From a bacterium (GTDB taxonomy: Bacteria > UBA8248 > JACPRG01 > G963555815): DNA of 64,000 bases. Below, in pieces: positions 1 to 10,051 of this stretch. Below the pieces are notes generated by a model, which saw only the letters and a program-made list of their open reading frames with translations, was not told the origin of the DNA and did no database searches. How positions within the stretch are numbered: position 1 is the stretch's first letter; each line of letters starts with the position of its first letter. A program made the position numbers and the translations under genes. The stretch covers positions 256,001 through 320,000 of the forward strand of contig CBDHDG010000007.1 of NCBI GenBank assembly GCA_965261595.1, in the 5' to 3' direction.

Positions 1-90
1 GCGGAATCGCGGTGCGGACGCGGGGGGGGAGAGGGGGAAGACGATGTCTAATTACGTTTCACCCATTGGCAAAATGGGCGCGGGACCCGG

Positions 91-780
91 TTAGCCATCG
101 GAAATGAGGCTGGAAAGAAAGTCCGCGGCAAGCCGCAACGCCCGCGCCCGGTGGCTGATCCGGTTCTTTTCCTCAGGAGGAATTTCGGCCAGCGTACGCC
201 TTCCCGGCCGGCCCTCTTCCTCCGGCAGAAAGATGGGGTCGTAACCGAATCCCTCGACGCCGGACTCCTTTTCCGAGATGAATCCTGCCAGAGCAGCCTC
301 AAAAACACACATCGCCCCGACCTCCCGCCCCTGACCCAGCCTACATACGGCGACGGCGCAATGGAAGCGGGCCGTTCGCTCGCCGGGTTGAACCTCTTTC
401 AGGGCTTCGATGATCCGCCGGTTTTTTTGGGATTGCGGGATCTCGCCCAGCCACCTCGCGGAATGGATGCCCGGCGCGCCCGAGAGGGCGTCCACCTCCA
501 GCCCCGAATCATCCGCCAACGCAATCAGACCCGTTTCCCGGGCCGCCGCGCGGGCCTTCGCCTCGGCGTTCTCCGCGTACGTGTTTCCTGATTCATCCGG
601 GATGACAACGCCGGGGAAGTCGAGGATAGAGACAAGCGGGTTGGGTCTTTCCCGATCGGGGGAAACTCCGAAAGGCGGGCCCAGGAGGTCCGAGAGGATC
701 TCTCCCATTTCCCGGATTTTGTGTCTGTTTTGCGTGGCGAGAAGGAGGGCGGGCCGCTTCGCGTCGAATGATCGGCTCAA
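91..780 (-). CDS. rdgB: Non-canonical purine NTP (XTP/dITP) pyrophosphatase, Ham1 family
   Basis: Motifs [45 protein letters not shown]; probable TTG start at 780 overlaps the rph stop; usual rph-rdgB pairing. Confidence 0.93.
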   Translation of the reverse strand: MSRSFDAKRPALLLATQNRHKIREMGEILSDLLGPPFGVSPDRERPNPLVSILDFPGVVIPDESGNTYAENAEAKARAAARETGLIALADDSGLEVDALSGAPGIHSARWLGEIPQSQKNRRIIEALKEVQPGERTARFHCAVAVCRLGQGREVGAMCVFEAALAGFISEKESGVEGFGYDPIFLPEEEGRPGRRTLAEIPPEEKNRISHRARALRLAADFLSSLISDG

Positions 781-1535
781 GCCCTTCCGGTTCCTTTGGA
801 ATTTTCCCTCAGGGTCCGGGCCTGGAGACGGGTCAGGCTGCGGATGCCCTTTTCGGCGAGCTTGAAGAGTCGGTCGAGCTCTTCGGGAGAAAATGGGGCG
901 CCCTCGGCCGTCCCCTGGATTTCGATAATTCCGCCCCGGCCGGTCATGACAACGTTTATGTCGACTTCGGCGGCCGAATCTTCCACGTAATCCAGGTCGA
1001 GCAGGACCCGCCCGTTTACAACACCGACGCTGGTTGCGGCCACGCTGTCCTGAAGCACACCGTCGGGGACCTCCCCGGCTTCGGTGAGCTTTTTGATCGC
1101 CTGCGCGAGCGCCAGGTAAGCGCCCGTGATGGACGCCGTGCGGGTTCCCCCGTCCGCTTGAATCACGTCGCAGTCCAGGATCACCGTGCGCCCGCCCAAG
1201 GCGCCCCGGTCCACGACCGCGCGCAGGGAACGGCCGATCAAGCGCTGGATTTCCTGGGTCCGCCCGGACTGCTTCCCCCGGACCGCCTCCCGCGGAATCC
1301 GCCGGCCCGCGGACCGGGGGAGCATCGCATACTCGGCGGTCACCCAGCCCTCCTCTTTCCCCTTCAACCAAGCGGGGACTCCCGGCTCGACCGTAGCGGC
1401 GCAGAGGACCCGCGTGCCGCCCACGGTGATTTCAACGGATCCTTCCGCATACGGGATCGGGTCAACCTCGATCCGAACCGGCCGCATCTCTCCGGGACGC
1501 CGTCCGTCCGCTCTGCGGGTTGATTGCCTGGGCAT
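777..1535 (-). CDS. rph: Ribonuclease PH
   Basis: [58 protein letters not shown]. Confidence 0.98.
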   Translation of the reverse strand: MPRQSTRRADGRRPGEMRPVRIEVDPIPYAEGSVEITVGGTRVLCAATVEPGVPAWLKGKEEGWVTAEYAMLPRSAGRRIPREAVRGKQSGRTQEIQRLIGRSLRAVVDRGALGGRTVILDCDVIQADGGTRTASITGAYLALAQAIKKLTEAGEVPDGVLQDSVAATSVGVVNGRVLLDLDYVEDSAAEVDINVVMTGRGGIIEIQGTAEGAPFSPEELDRLFKLAEKGIRSLTRLQARTLRENSKGTGRA

Positions 1536-1553
1536 AAAGACTCCTTAGGAAAT

Positions 1554-2231
1554 TCAGGGTTTCGCCGGCTGTCGCGGTGAAAGGGAACGCACCTCCTCGG
1601 CGACAGGCATGGCGCGTGCGTCCAGCCGGGTGAGGGGCCTTCGAATGTCTACGTGTCCGGCCAGCGTTTCCACGGTCTTTCCTTCCATCAAAAAGGCCAC
1701 CTTCCGGATGGATTCAAAGTTCACGGTCAATGTCTGAACGACCGAGGCCACCGTCGCGACTTCCGCCCACACCCCCCCCGGGTGGTCCGTGGAAATTTCC
1801 TTGCTGAAGTCCACGTAAACCGTTCCTTGGCCATCCAGGAAGATTTCCAGAACCCTGGTAGAGCGTGGAAGGGTCTCCCCAAGCCCTGTCCGAGAGCCCT
1901 CGATCAACGCTTCCAAGAGTTGCCGAATGGACGCGCGAAGCGTGGAAGGGCGGGGGAGGACTCGCGGCTCGGGACGCAGACCCCTTCCATCGGGCTCCGC
2001 GAACATGAGGGCGAAGCGCTTTCGATTTGACGGAACATTCCCGGTTCCCGGGGTGGGTGCGGGAAGCGGCGAACCCGGCGATCGCGCGGAAGCGGAAGGC
2101 TCACCGGCCGGGCGGGCGGGGGAGTCGGGGGGCTGCGCCTTGTCGGGCACGGCTCTAAATCGCTCGGCATTGAAAAACAGGACACCCGCTCCGATGCCCA
2201 AGACGACCAGAACCGGCAAGAACCAACGCAA
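1554..2231 (-). CDS. GerMN domain-containing membrane-anchored protein
   Basis: N-terminal TM segment, Pro-rich linker, LIEG...VYVDFS...SVVQTL...VETLAGHVD pattern; amidase-GerMN-rph context. Confidence 0.85.
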   Translation of the reverse strand: MRWFLPVLVVLGIGAGVLFFNAERFRAVPDKAQPPDSPARPAGEPSASARSPGSPLPAPTPGTGNVPSNRKRFALMFAEPDGRGLRPEPRVLPRPSTLRASIRQLLEALIEGSRTGLGETLPRSTRVLEIFLDGQGTVYVDFSKEISTDHPGGVWAEVATVASVVQTLTVNFESIRKVAFLMEGKTVETLAGHVDIRRPLTRLDARAMPVAEEVRSLSPRQPAKP

Positions 2232-2262
2232 CGACCAGGCCCCTCCCCTCTTCCTCGAGTGT

Positions 2263-3174
2263 TCAGCTGGAGGCGTCCTGTCCCCCGATGAAATTCATCA
2301 AAGCCTTGAACAAGCTCCGCGACACCTTGACCAGGAAGTCGTCGTTTTCCAGGAGCGATTCTTCCCGGGGATTTTTGAGATGGGCGATGCTGACGAGGAC
2401 CGCCGGCATCTGCGCCCCTTTCAAGACCAGGAGCTGTGCCTCTTGCACCGATGTTCCTCTCAATTCCGTTTCCCGTTTCAAGGCGTCAACAATCAGCCGG
2501 GCGAATCTTCCGCTGTCGCTCAGGTGGGGCGATTGCGCGACGTCCCAGCGTATGGCTTTCAACCCAACCACTTCCGCCGGTGACAGCTTGCCGGTCCCCA
2601 TCGCGCCGGCGGGCCCCAGGATGAACACCCGAAACCCTTCATCTTCCCGGCGGAAGGACCCTTCGGCATGGAGGCTGATCAGGAGTTGGCCTTTCGAGTG
2701 GTTGGCGATGGCCGTGCGCTCAAGCAGCGGCAGGGTGTAGTCAGCCGTGCGGGTCAGGACCACTCGAATCCCCGTTCGCCCTCGAATCAGGACGCTCAAC
2801 TTGCGAGCCACGGTGAAAACGACATCTTTCTCAAGCAGGCCGCCGGCGCCACGGATGCCATTGTCCCGTCCCCCATGTCCCGGGTCGATAACAATCGTGT
2901 GCAAAGGCGCGGCGGGCGTCCGGCGAGAAGGTTTGGCGATACCCTCTTCGCGGACCGAGTCCCCTCGCGGGGGCTTCCGCGGCGCAACGGAACCCTCCGC
3001 GGGCGGGCGCTCGGGAGCTTGGGCGATTCCAATTTCGGGAGCGGGCCAAAAGGCGGCCAGGACAAGGAAGAGGCTGAAGATGTCGAGCCGGATCTTTGCA
3101 TGCCTATGCGGAGCCCGGCCGCTACGCGCCGCCCTTTGCGTCTTCGCCATGCCGGATTTCAGATCAGGACTCAC
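2263..3174 (-). CDS. N-acetylmuramoyl-L-alanine amidase (Amidase_3), catalytic Glu apparently replaced
   Basis: IDPGHGGRD, EKD, VVLTR, ERTAIAN, ISLHA, MPAVLVS; start uncertain. Confidence 0.88.
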   Translation of the reverse strand: MSPDLKSGMAKTQRAARSGRAPHRHAKIRLDIFSLFLVLAAFWPAPEIGIAQAPERPPAEGSVAPRKPPRGDSVREEGIAKPSRRTPAAPLHTIVIDPGHGGRDNGIRGAGGLLEKDVVFTVARKLSVLIRGRTGIRVVLTRTADYTLPLLERTAIANHSKGQLLISLHAEGSFRREDEGFRVFILGPAGAMGTGKLSPAEVVGLKAIRWDVAQSPHLSDSGRFARLIVDALKRETELRGTSVQEAQLLVLKGAQMPAVLVSIAHLKNPREESLLENDDFLVKVSRSLFKALMNFIGGQDASS

Positions 3175-3438
3175 TTCTCAACCGTTCGGACACCGGGGAG
3201 ATCTATCCTTTTTCTTCATTGCAAACTATCGAGTTGCGGTTTATCCTCACTTTGTGCTAATCCAGGTCGGGTGTTCAAGTGTTGCCGTTCAGACCCCGCG
3301 GAGACTGTAAATAGCCCCGAAACCCGAAAGACGCCAGGCCACCCAATGTATCATAAAGCCCAAGCGCTGTGTGCCAGAATCATCCGGTGTTGGGGGTCTT
3401 TCCGGGCTTGTTTTGGGACTTGGATGGAGGAGCGCGAA

Positions 3439-3882
3439 ATGACAGGGCTGTTCCGGACGTTGGCGGCCGTGTCCGTCGCTTTAATCCTGGCTGGGTGTCC
3501 AGCGGCCCTTGGTCCGAAAAAAAGCACGGAGCCGCTCGCTCCTCAATACCATTTCGAGGACGTCCCGGTCCATCCCAAGCTGAAGATCGATTCAAGAGAA
3601 TCATTCATTTTCGAGACCCGGAGCCTCAAGGCCGGAATCCTGGTTTACCACGGGAGCGACTCGGTCACGGAAGTCGTGGAATTCTTTAAAGCGGAAATGC
3701 CCAAACATGCCTGGAGGTTGATCAACGCGATTGAGGCCAAAGGGATTGTTTTGATGAATTTCGACAAAGAGGGCTGGAGCGCCCTAATCCGCGTGAGCAG
3801 CAGCACGTTGACCACGGATGTAGAGATCACCATTGGCCCCAAAGATGAGGCCGCCCCGGTCCCGCGCCCCCCGGGAAAATAG
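3439..3882 (+). CDS. Putative lipoprotein
   Basis: GGAGGAG RBS, signal peptide with lipobox LAGC. Confidence 0.75.
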   Translation: MTGLFRTLAAVSVALILAGCPAALGPKKSTEPLAPQYHFEDVPVHPKLKIDSRESFIFETRSLKAGILVYHGSDSVTEVVEFFKAEMPKHAWRLINAIEAKGIVLMNFDKEGWSALIRVSSSTLTTDVEITIGPKDEAAPVPRPPGK

Positions 3883-3928
3883 AACCCGCTCAAATTCCCG
3901 CCACCAGATGGAAAGCGGAGAATTCAAA

Positions 3929-4186
3929 ATGTGGGAATTCGAGAAGGATTGGGCATTGCTCCTGAGCATCGTTCCAGGGCAAATGGAGGCGGCGATTCTT
4001 CGATCGCGGTTGGAAAGCGAAGGGATCCCCGTGGCCCTGCGCTACGAGTCGGTGGGTTCCCTGTACGGGATCACGTCCAACGAGTTGGGAGAGGTGCGCG
4101 TCTTCGTCCCCAAGGAATTTCTCGATTCAGCGCGTTGCTTGCTCTCTCTGGAAGAGCGCCCCGACTCCAGGGAAGAGGCCGCTTGA
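3929..4186 (+). CDS. DUF2007-like (putative signal transducing) small protein
   Basis: EAAILRSRLESEGIP...VRVFVPKE pattern; GGAG upstream of ATG 3929 (alternative start 3908). Confidence 0.75.
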   Translation: MWEFEKDWALLLSIVPGQMEAAILRSRLESEGIPVALRYESVGSLYGITSNELGEVRVFVPKEFLDSARCLLSLEERPDSREEAA

Positions 4187-4431
4187 TGCGTCCTCCTCAA
4201 GTCCACCCCGCAAAGCCGGCCTCTGGTTAGAATACGGGACTCCGTTCGCTTGGCCGCCGTTCCCGGCGGTTTGAAGCGGACCGCCCCCTTTGTCCTGCTT
4301 ACGCATCATCCCGCGGAGGGGGGGAGGGGGAGGGGATTTTCCTCGATCGAAAAACGGACGTTTCAGGGACTCTGGAGGGGTTTGTGGGCGGCGGAGCCTG
4401 AGGGAACGCGATTATCAATGGATGGGATAAC

Positions 4432-4992
4432 ATGGCAACCGAACAAGATCGCGAAACGCTGCGCAGGATTCTCAAGGAAAAGGCCTTCGAAAAACGGGAG
4501 GTCGTACTGACCTCCGGCCAGAAGAGCGATTGGTACATTGATGGAAAACAGGCGACGCTGAATCCCCTGGGCTTGGTGCTCGTGGGAGAGTTGATCTTTG
4601 ATCGATTGAAAGGGGGCGGGATCGAAGCCGTGGGCGGACCGACCATGGGCGCCGATCCTTTGGTGACGGCGACGGCGCTGATCAGCCAGCAGCGGGGCGA
4701 GCCGATGCCCGCTTTCATCGTCCGTAAAGAACCCAAGTTTCATGGGACGAGCGCCTGGATCGAGGGGAAAAACAACCTTCGGGAAGGGATGAAGGTGGCA
4801 ATCCTGGAAGACGTCATGACAACGGGCGGCTCCATTCTTCATGCCATTCTCAGGGCGGAGGCGGAGGGACTGGTGGTTGTCCGGGTCCTGGTCGTTGTAG
4901 ACCGGTGCGAGGGGGGAAAGGAAAAGCTGGCCGAGGCCGGCTACGAGTTGGAATCCCTCTACGACCGGGAAGACATGATGAACGAATCTTGA
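4432..4992 (+). CDS. pyrE: Orotate phosphoribosyltransferase
   Basis: LTSGQKSDWYID, VRKEPKFHG, PRPP loop ILEDVMTTGGS, VVDR. Confidence 0.96.
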   Translation: MATEQDRETLRRILKEKAFEKREVVLTSGQKSDWYIDGKQATLNPLGLVLVGELIFDRLKGGGIEAVGGPTMGADPLVTATALISQQRGEPMPAFIVRKEPKFHGTSAWIEGKNNLREGMKVAILEDVMTTGGSILHAILRAEAEGLVVVRVLVVVDRCEGGKEKLAEAGYELESLYDREDMMNES

Positions 4993-5257
4993 CGCCTCCG
5001 CCCCTTCGACGAATGGACGGGCGAATCCCTGTCAAGCAACCGCCGTCTGGTCGCTGAATTCCAATGCATGCCTGTATCTCACTGAGATAGACAAAGCGTT
5101 CCGAGAAGACATTCAGCCGGCCGTCGGGTTCGGTCCGGCCCAAATCCGGGGAGGCGGCGGGCATTCTCCGTTCACCCTGAAACGGCCGGAGATCGCGGGA
5201 TGAGGCCGGTTCAGGTTCACCCGGCCGGATGAGCTCGCGTCTCGGGGATCTTTTGTC

Positions 5258-6397
5258 ATGCGCCACACCTTTCTCTTCACCGCCTGGCTCATGTGGCTTC
5301 TGTCGCACGCCTCGCGGATGGCCCTGGCCCCCGTCCTTCCGCTCATCGAGGATGACCTGGGGATCTCTCACGCCCAGGCCGGTCAAATCTTTGTCTTTCT
5401 TTCCATTGGATATTGCGGCGCGCTCTTCAGCGTCCCATTTTGGAGCCGGCTCCTCGGGTATCGGCGGACGCTGCAAGTCAGTCTGATCACGCTGACCATC
5501 GTGCTCTTCCTGATGCGTTGGGCGAACGGGGAGGCCACCATATCAACGCTCGCGTTTTTCATCGGCCTGGCTTCGGGGACGATCCTGCCATCGGCCATCC
5601 CCCTCATCACAGCCGCGTACGGTCGGGAGGTTTGGGGAAAGAGCATCGCCATCTTCGATTCGGCGGCCCCATCGGGTCAATTCCTCGCGCCGGTCCTCGC
5701 CGTTGTCATGCTGGCGATGTTCCCGTGGCGCTACATGTTCTGGGCGATGTCGGCCCTGTCTGTTTTGGTCCTGTGGATATTTCTGCGGACCGCCCCCACG
5801 GAAGAACCCAAGGCCGAGCGGGCGGGCGGGAGCATCATGGCCGTTATCCGCAACCGCAGCCTGGTCACGTTGGGATGCCTCTGGGTCCTGGCCTCCGGGG
5901 CGGCGCTCGGCGCGGCCTTTCTCATCCCGGTCTATCTGGTGAAGGAGCGGGGCCTGGAGCTGAGCGTGGCGAACCAGGTATTCGCGGCCGGTCGGGGAAT
6001 CGCCATCCCCTGCGCGGTGGCCGCGGGCTTGCTGACCGATAGGTTTCCCTGCCGGACTATCCTGGGTTGGGTCCTCGCCCTGGCGGGCGTCTCCCTGATC
6101 GGCGTCGCCCTTTGGCCGGGAAACGTCGGAGTGGGGGTTTGGGTCATCATCGAGGGGGGAGTGGTCAACATGTTCTTCCCGGTGGGCCTGATCCTCATCG
6201 CCCGGGTCACGGCGTCGGGCGTCCGGGGCGCGGCCACCGGGATCGTCATCGGCGCGGGAGCCGGATTCGGGATCGGTGTGACGCCGTGGCTCCTGGGAGC
6301 GGCGGCCGACGCATGGAGCTTTCAGGCGGGCATCTCCGTGTTGGGCGCCATGGTCATGCTGTCCAGCCTGTGCGTCCTGCGCATCGAGCGGGTATAA
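5258..6397 (+). CDS. MFS transporter (tandem paralog 1)
   Basis: 379 aa, about 12 hydrophobic segments, MFS loop motifs. Confidence 0.88.
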   Translation: MRHTFLFTAWLMWLLSHASRMALAPVLPLIEDDLGISHAQAGQIFVFLSIGYCGALFSVPFWSRLLGYRRTLQVSLITLTIVLFLMRWANGEATISTLAFFIGLASGTILPSAIPLITAAYGREVWGKSIAIFDSAAPSGQFLAPVLAVVMLAMFPWRYMFWAMSALSVLVLWIFLRTAPTEEPKAERAGGSIMAVIRNRSLVTLGCLWVLASGAALGAAFLIPVYLVKERGLELSVANQVFAAGRGIAIPCAVAAGLLTDRFPCRTILGWVLALAGVSLIGVALWPGNVGVGVWVIIEGGVVNMFFPVGLILIARVTASGVRGAATGIVIGAGAGFGIGVTPWLLGAAADAWSFQAGISVLGAMVMLSSLCVLRIERV

Positions 6398-6509
6398 GGA
6401 AGCCCGGAAGAAGGCTCCCTTGGATTTCGTCTCTTGACCCCAACCCGGCGGCCGGAGACTTGCCGACCGAGCGCACCCTTACGGACCTCACCGACTTGCG
6501 GGTTTTCTG

Positions 6510-7649
6510 ATGCGTCCCTCGTTTCTCATCACCGCGTGGCTCTTGTGGTTCGTGGCCCATGCCTCGCGGATGGTCATCCCCCCGGTCCTCCCCCTCATTA
6601 AGGAGGAACTGGGGATCTCGCACGCACAGGCCGGGCAAATCTTCACCTATTTGACCCTGGGATACTGCGGAGCGCTCCTCACCGTTCCGTTCTGGAGCCG
6701 GGTCCCGGGATACCGCCGGACGCTGAAAATCTCGCTGGCCGGCCTGACCCTCACCCTTTTCCTGATGCGATGGGCGACCGGTCTGAGGGCGATATCGGCA
6801 TTCGCGTTTTGCATCGGCCTGGCGACGGGAACCATCCTTCCATCGGCCATCCCTCTGATCACAACGGCTTACGGGAAGGAGCAATGGACCCAGAGCCTCT
6901 CCATCTTCAACTCCGCCGCTCCGACCGGCCAGTTCTTCGCGCCGATGCTCGCCATCGCCGTTTTGTCCATGCTCCCTTGGCGCTACCTGTTTTGGGCGAT
7001 GGCGGCGATTTCAGCCTTCGTCATGCTGATGTTCCAGAGATCCGCCCCGGTTGAAGATCCCCCCGCGGGCAAGCCGCAAGGGAGTATCGCGGCGGTGATC
7101 CGGGATCCCAACATGATCACGTTGGGCATCCTGTGGACACTGGCTTCGGCGGCCGGAGCCGGTCTGGGATTTCTTACGCCGGTCTATCTGGTCGAGGAAA
7201 GGGGTATGGACCTGGCCGTTGCCAACCCGATCTTCGCCGCGGGACGCGGGGCCAACATAATCGGCGCCATCTATGCCGGCTATTTGACGGAACGCTTCAC
7301 CTGTCGCAGCCTTCTGGGTTGGATCATGGCCCTCACCGGGGTTGCACAAATCGGGATCGCCCTCTGGCCGGAGAACATCGGTGTGAGCGTCTGGGTTTTC
7401 CTGGAATCGTTTATCAACCTGATGTTCTTCCCGGTGGGGTTTATCCTCATAGCCCGGATAACGGCGGAAAGCGTCCGGGGGGCGGCTGTAGGACTGGTCA
7501 TCGGTGTGGGAACAGCGCTGGGTTTCGGGGTGACGCCTTGGGTGCTGGGCGCCATCGCGGACGTGTACAGCTTTCAGGCGGGCATCGCCGGTTTGGGGGT
7601 GATCACGGTGCTTTCCAGTCTGGCTGTTCTGAGGCTCGATCCGCTTTGA
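6510..7649 (+). CDS. MFS transporter (tandem paralog 2)
   Basis: 379 aa, colinear and clearly homologous to the upstream MFS. Confidence 0.88.
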   Translation: MRPSFLITAWLLWFVAHASRMVIPPVLPLIKEELGISHAQAGQIFTYLTLGYCGALLTVPFWSRVPGYRRTLKISLAGLTLTLFLMRWATGLRAISAFAFCIGLATGTILPSAIPLITTAYGKEQWTQSLSIFNSAAPTGQFFAPMLAIAVLSMLPWRYLFWAMAAISAFVMLMFQRSAPVEDPPAGKPQGSIAAVIRDPNMITLGILWTLASAAGAGLGFLTPVYLVEERGMDLAVANPIFAAGRGANIIGAIYAGYLTERFTCRSLLGWIMALTGVAQIGIALWPENIGVSVWVFLESFINLMFFPVGFILIARITAESVRGAAVGLVIGVGTALGFGVTPWVLGAIADVYSFQAGIAGLGVITVLSSLAVLRLDPL

Positions 7650-7796
7650 GGGCCGGGGCGGTGTATGCTAAGGGTGTGGCTTGCGAAATCCCGGAATCGA
7701 TTGATGGGTTTCCTTCCGCCGAAGTAAAATTCCGGCGATTGCGGCTGGATTCTCCGTCTCGACCAACGGGCGGGATGAAAACATTAAGGAGACGCA

Positions 7797-8270
7797 ATGA
7801 TGGCGATTCGACCCAAAGAGCTACCCGAGATCACTTCCAACTGGGCGGAGGCGGACTGGCAGGGACACCAGAAATCCGTCGTTACCACCAAATCCGGCCA
7901 CACCGTCATCGTGGACGAGCCCAAGGCCCTCGGCGGCAGCGACGAAGGGCCCTCGCCGATGGGCTATCTGTTTACCTCCTTGGCGGGGTGCACCTCGGTG
8001 ATCATCGAGCGCGTCGCCAAGGACCTGGGCATTCAGATCGACTCCATGAAAGTCCGGGCCGAAGGGTTCTACAGCCCCCGGGCGATCGCCGGCCAGGAAG
8101 GCTATGAATCGGGTCCGACCGAAGTGAGATCCGACATCACCTTGAAAACCTCCGCCTCGGACGAGGAGATTGAGAATCTGAAGAAGGAGTATTTCAAGCG
8201 CTGCCCCGTCTTTAACCTGTTCCGCAAATCCAACGCAAAAATGATCGATAACTGGGTGATTGAGCGTTAG
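7797..8270 (+). CDS. OsmC/Ohr family protein
   Basis: DEPKALGGSDEGPSP, SLAGC, KRCPV (two conserved Cys); AAGGAG RBS. Confidence 0.88.
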   Translation: MMAIRPKELPEITSNWAEADWQGHQKSVVTTKSGHTVIVDEPKALGGSDEGPSPMGYLFTSLAGCTSVIIERVAKDLGIQIDSMKVRAEGFYSPRAIAGQEGYESGPTEVRSDITLKTSASDEEIENLKKEYFKRCPVFNLFRKSNAKMIDNWVIER

Positions 8271-8297
8271 TCGCAATCCACCACGCGCTGAAACAGG

Positions 8298-8335
8298 AAA
8301 AGGGCGGGCGGCCCGGAGGTCGCCCGCCCTTTTTT
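8298..8335. terminator. Bidirectional intrinsic terminator
   Basis: AAAAGGGCGGGCG...CGCCCGCCCTTTTTT hairpin between convergent OsmC and moeB genes. Confidence 0.8.
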
Positions 8336-8364
8336 GGTTCGGTTCCAGCCCGGAAGCGCGTCGA

Positions 8365-9543
8365 TCAGCCCGCCGCCGGAACGCCCGCGCAGAACTGATC
8401 GTAGTCGATCAACCCGGTGATCTCCGGATTGTCTCCGCAGACCGGGCAGCCGGGGTCCCGCCGCAGCTTCATCTCCCGGAACTTCGTCGCCAGGGCGTCA
8501 TAGAGGATCAGCCGGCCGACCAGGGATTCACCCTTTCCCAGGATGATCTTGATGGTCTCGATGGCCTGAAGAACCCCCACGATCCCCGGCAGGACGCCGA
8601 GGACGCCGGCCTCGGCGCAGCTCGGGGCCATTCCCGGAGGCGGCGGCGCGGGATACAGGCACCGGTAGCAAGGTCCGCCGGACTGGGTGTCGAACACCGT
8701 CACCTGGCCCTCGAATTGGAAGATGCTCCCGTGAACGTTGGGCTTGCCCTGGAAGACGCACGCGTCGTTCACCAGATACCGGGTCGGGAAGTTGTCGCAT
8801 CCGTCGACAATGAGATCATAGCCCTCGATGATTTCCATGATGTTCTCGGACGAAAGGCGTTCCTGATAGGTCACCACATTGACGTCCGGGTTCAGGCCGT
8901 TGATCGTCTGCTTGGCGGACTCCGTCTTGGGCATGCCGACATCCGCGTCGCGGTGAAGAATCTGGCGCTGGAGATTGCTGCGGTCCACAACGTCGAAGTC
9001 CACGATGCCCAGGGTCCCAATTCCGGCCGCCGCCAGGTATAGAGCGGTGGGGGAGCCCAAACCGCCCGCCCCGAGAAGAAGAACCTTGGACTGGAGAAGC
9101 TTGCCCTGTCCCTTTTCTCCCACTTCCGGAAGCGTGAAGTGGCGGCTATACCGCTCAAGCTGTGAGGTGCTCAGCTCAAAGTCTTTGGTGAATGGAAGGC
9201 CGCGGTCTTTCCAGCCGTTGAACCCTTCCGCCATGGAGAAGACTTCATCGTAGCCCATGTCCTTCAAGGTCCGAGCCGCCAGAAGGGAGCGGACTCCCCC
9301 GGCGCAGTAGACGATCACCGGCCGGTCCTTGTCCGTCAGGGTCCCTTCCACCTGGATTTCAAGAAAACCGCGCGGGATGGATACGGCGCCGTCGATGTAG
9401 CCCTGCCGGACCTCGTCCTTTTCACGAACGTCCAGCAATACCGGACCTTCGCCATTGCCCATTTTCGCCTGCGCGTCCTCCGGCGTGAGCTCGGGAATGG
9501 ATCCGCGCGCGTCCGCCATCAGCTCATTATATGTTTTCGCCAT
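8365..9543 (-). CDS. moeB: MoeB/ThiF adenylyltransferase with N-terminal rhodanese domain
   Basis: Rhodanese (LDVRE, YCAGGVRS) followed by ERYSRH, GAGGLGS, SNLQRQ, CYRC, PSCAEAG, CPVC. Confidence 0.92.
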   Translation of the reverse strand: MAKTYNELMADARGSIPELTPEDAQAKMGNGEGPVLLDVREKDEVRQGYIDGAVSIPRGFLEIQVEGTLTDKDRPVIVYCAGGVRSLLAARTLKDMGYDEVFSMAEGFNGWKDRGLPFTKDFELSTSQLERYSRHFTLPEVGEKGQGKLLQSKVLLLGAGGLGSPTALYLAAAGIGTLGIVDFDVVDRSNLQRQILHRDADVGMPKTESAKQTINGLNPDVNVVTYQERLSSENIMEIIEGYDLIVDGCDNFPTRYLVNDACVFQGKPNVHGSIFQFEGQVTVFDTQSGGPCYRCLYPAPPPPGMAPSCAEAGVLGVLPGIVGVLQAIETIKIILGKGESLVGRLILYDALATKFREMKLRRDPGCPVCGDNPEITGLIDYDQFCAGVPAAG

Positions 9544-10051
9544 TTCGAGCCCCTTCAGAAAACCCAACAAAAGGTGTTCGGCCAATCCGCCGAACGCTTA
9601 CTCCGCTCAATTCTGTTTAGATTGGAGAGACAGAGGATCGATTCTGAGAAAATCCGGAATCGAAAGCGTTTATTCGCTACACATGCACGAGCGGGGTAAG
9701 GGACACACCCCCGCACCGGTTCCTCCGCGACCCAATAACCAACCAGTCAATTCATTTTCCATCCTTAAAGCTTATCACCCGAATTCCGAACTGGCAACAC
9801 TTAAATTGCTTATTCATTCTTTTCGGGGAAAGACCCAAGGCGGCCGGAAAACGGCTCCGGTATCTCATCTGTCTTGAACCCATACATCCCCTTGTCGCCG
9901 TCCTGTCCTGATTCTATAATTGGGATTACACGAAGCTTGCGTTTTCTCGATTCCTCGTCATGAGCGAAATTCTGTCAGTCATCGAGAAGCCTGAGGGGCC
10001 GCGGGGCGTCCCGTGGCCGGCCTCTTACTTGAAATCAAGGAGCCAGTAAGA

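Noticed and set aside
781..1371. N-terminal extension of the 426-aa ORF suggesting a fusion to rdgB
   Set aside because: Overlaps rph in another frame with low-complexity Arg/Gly content; real start is probably 780
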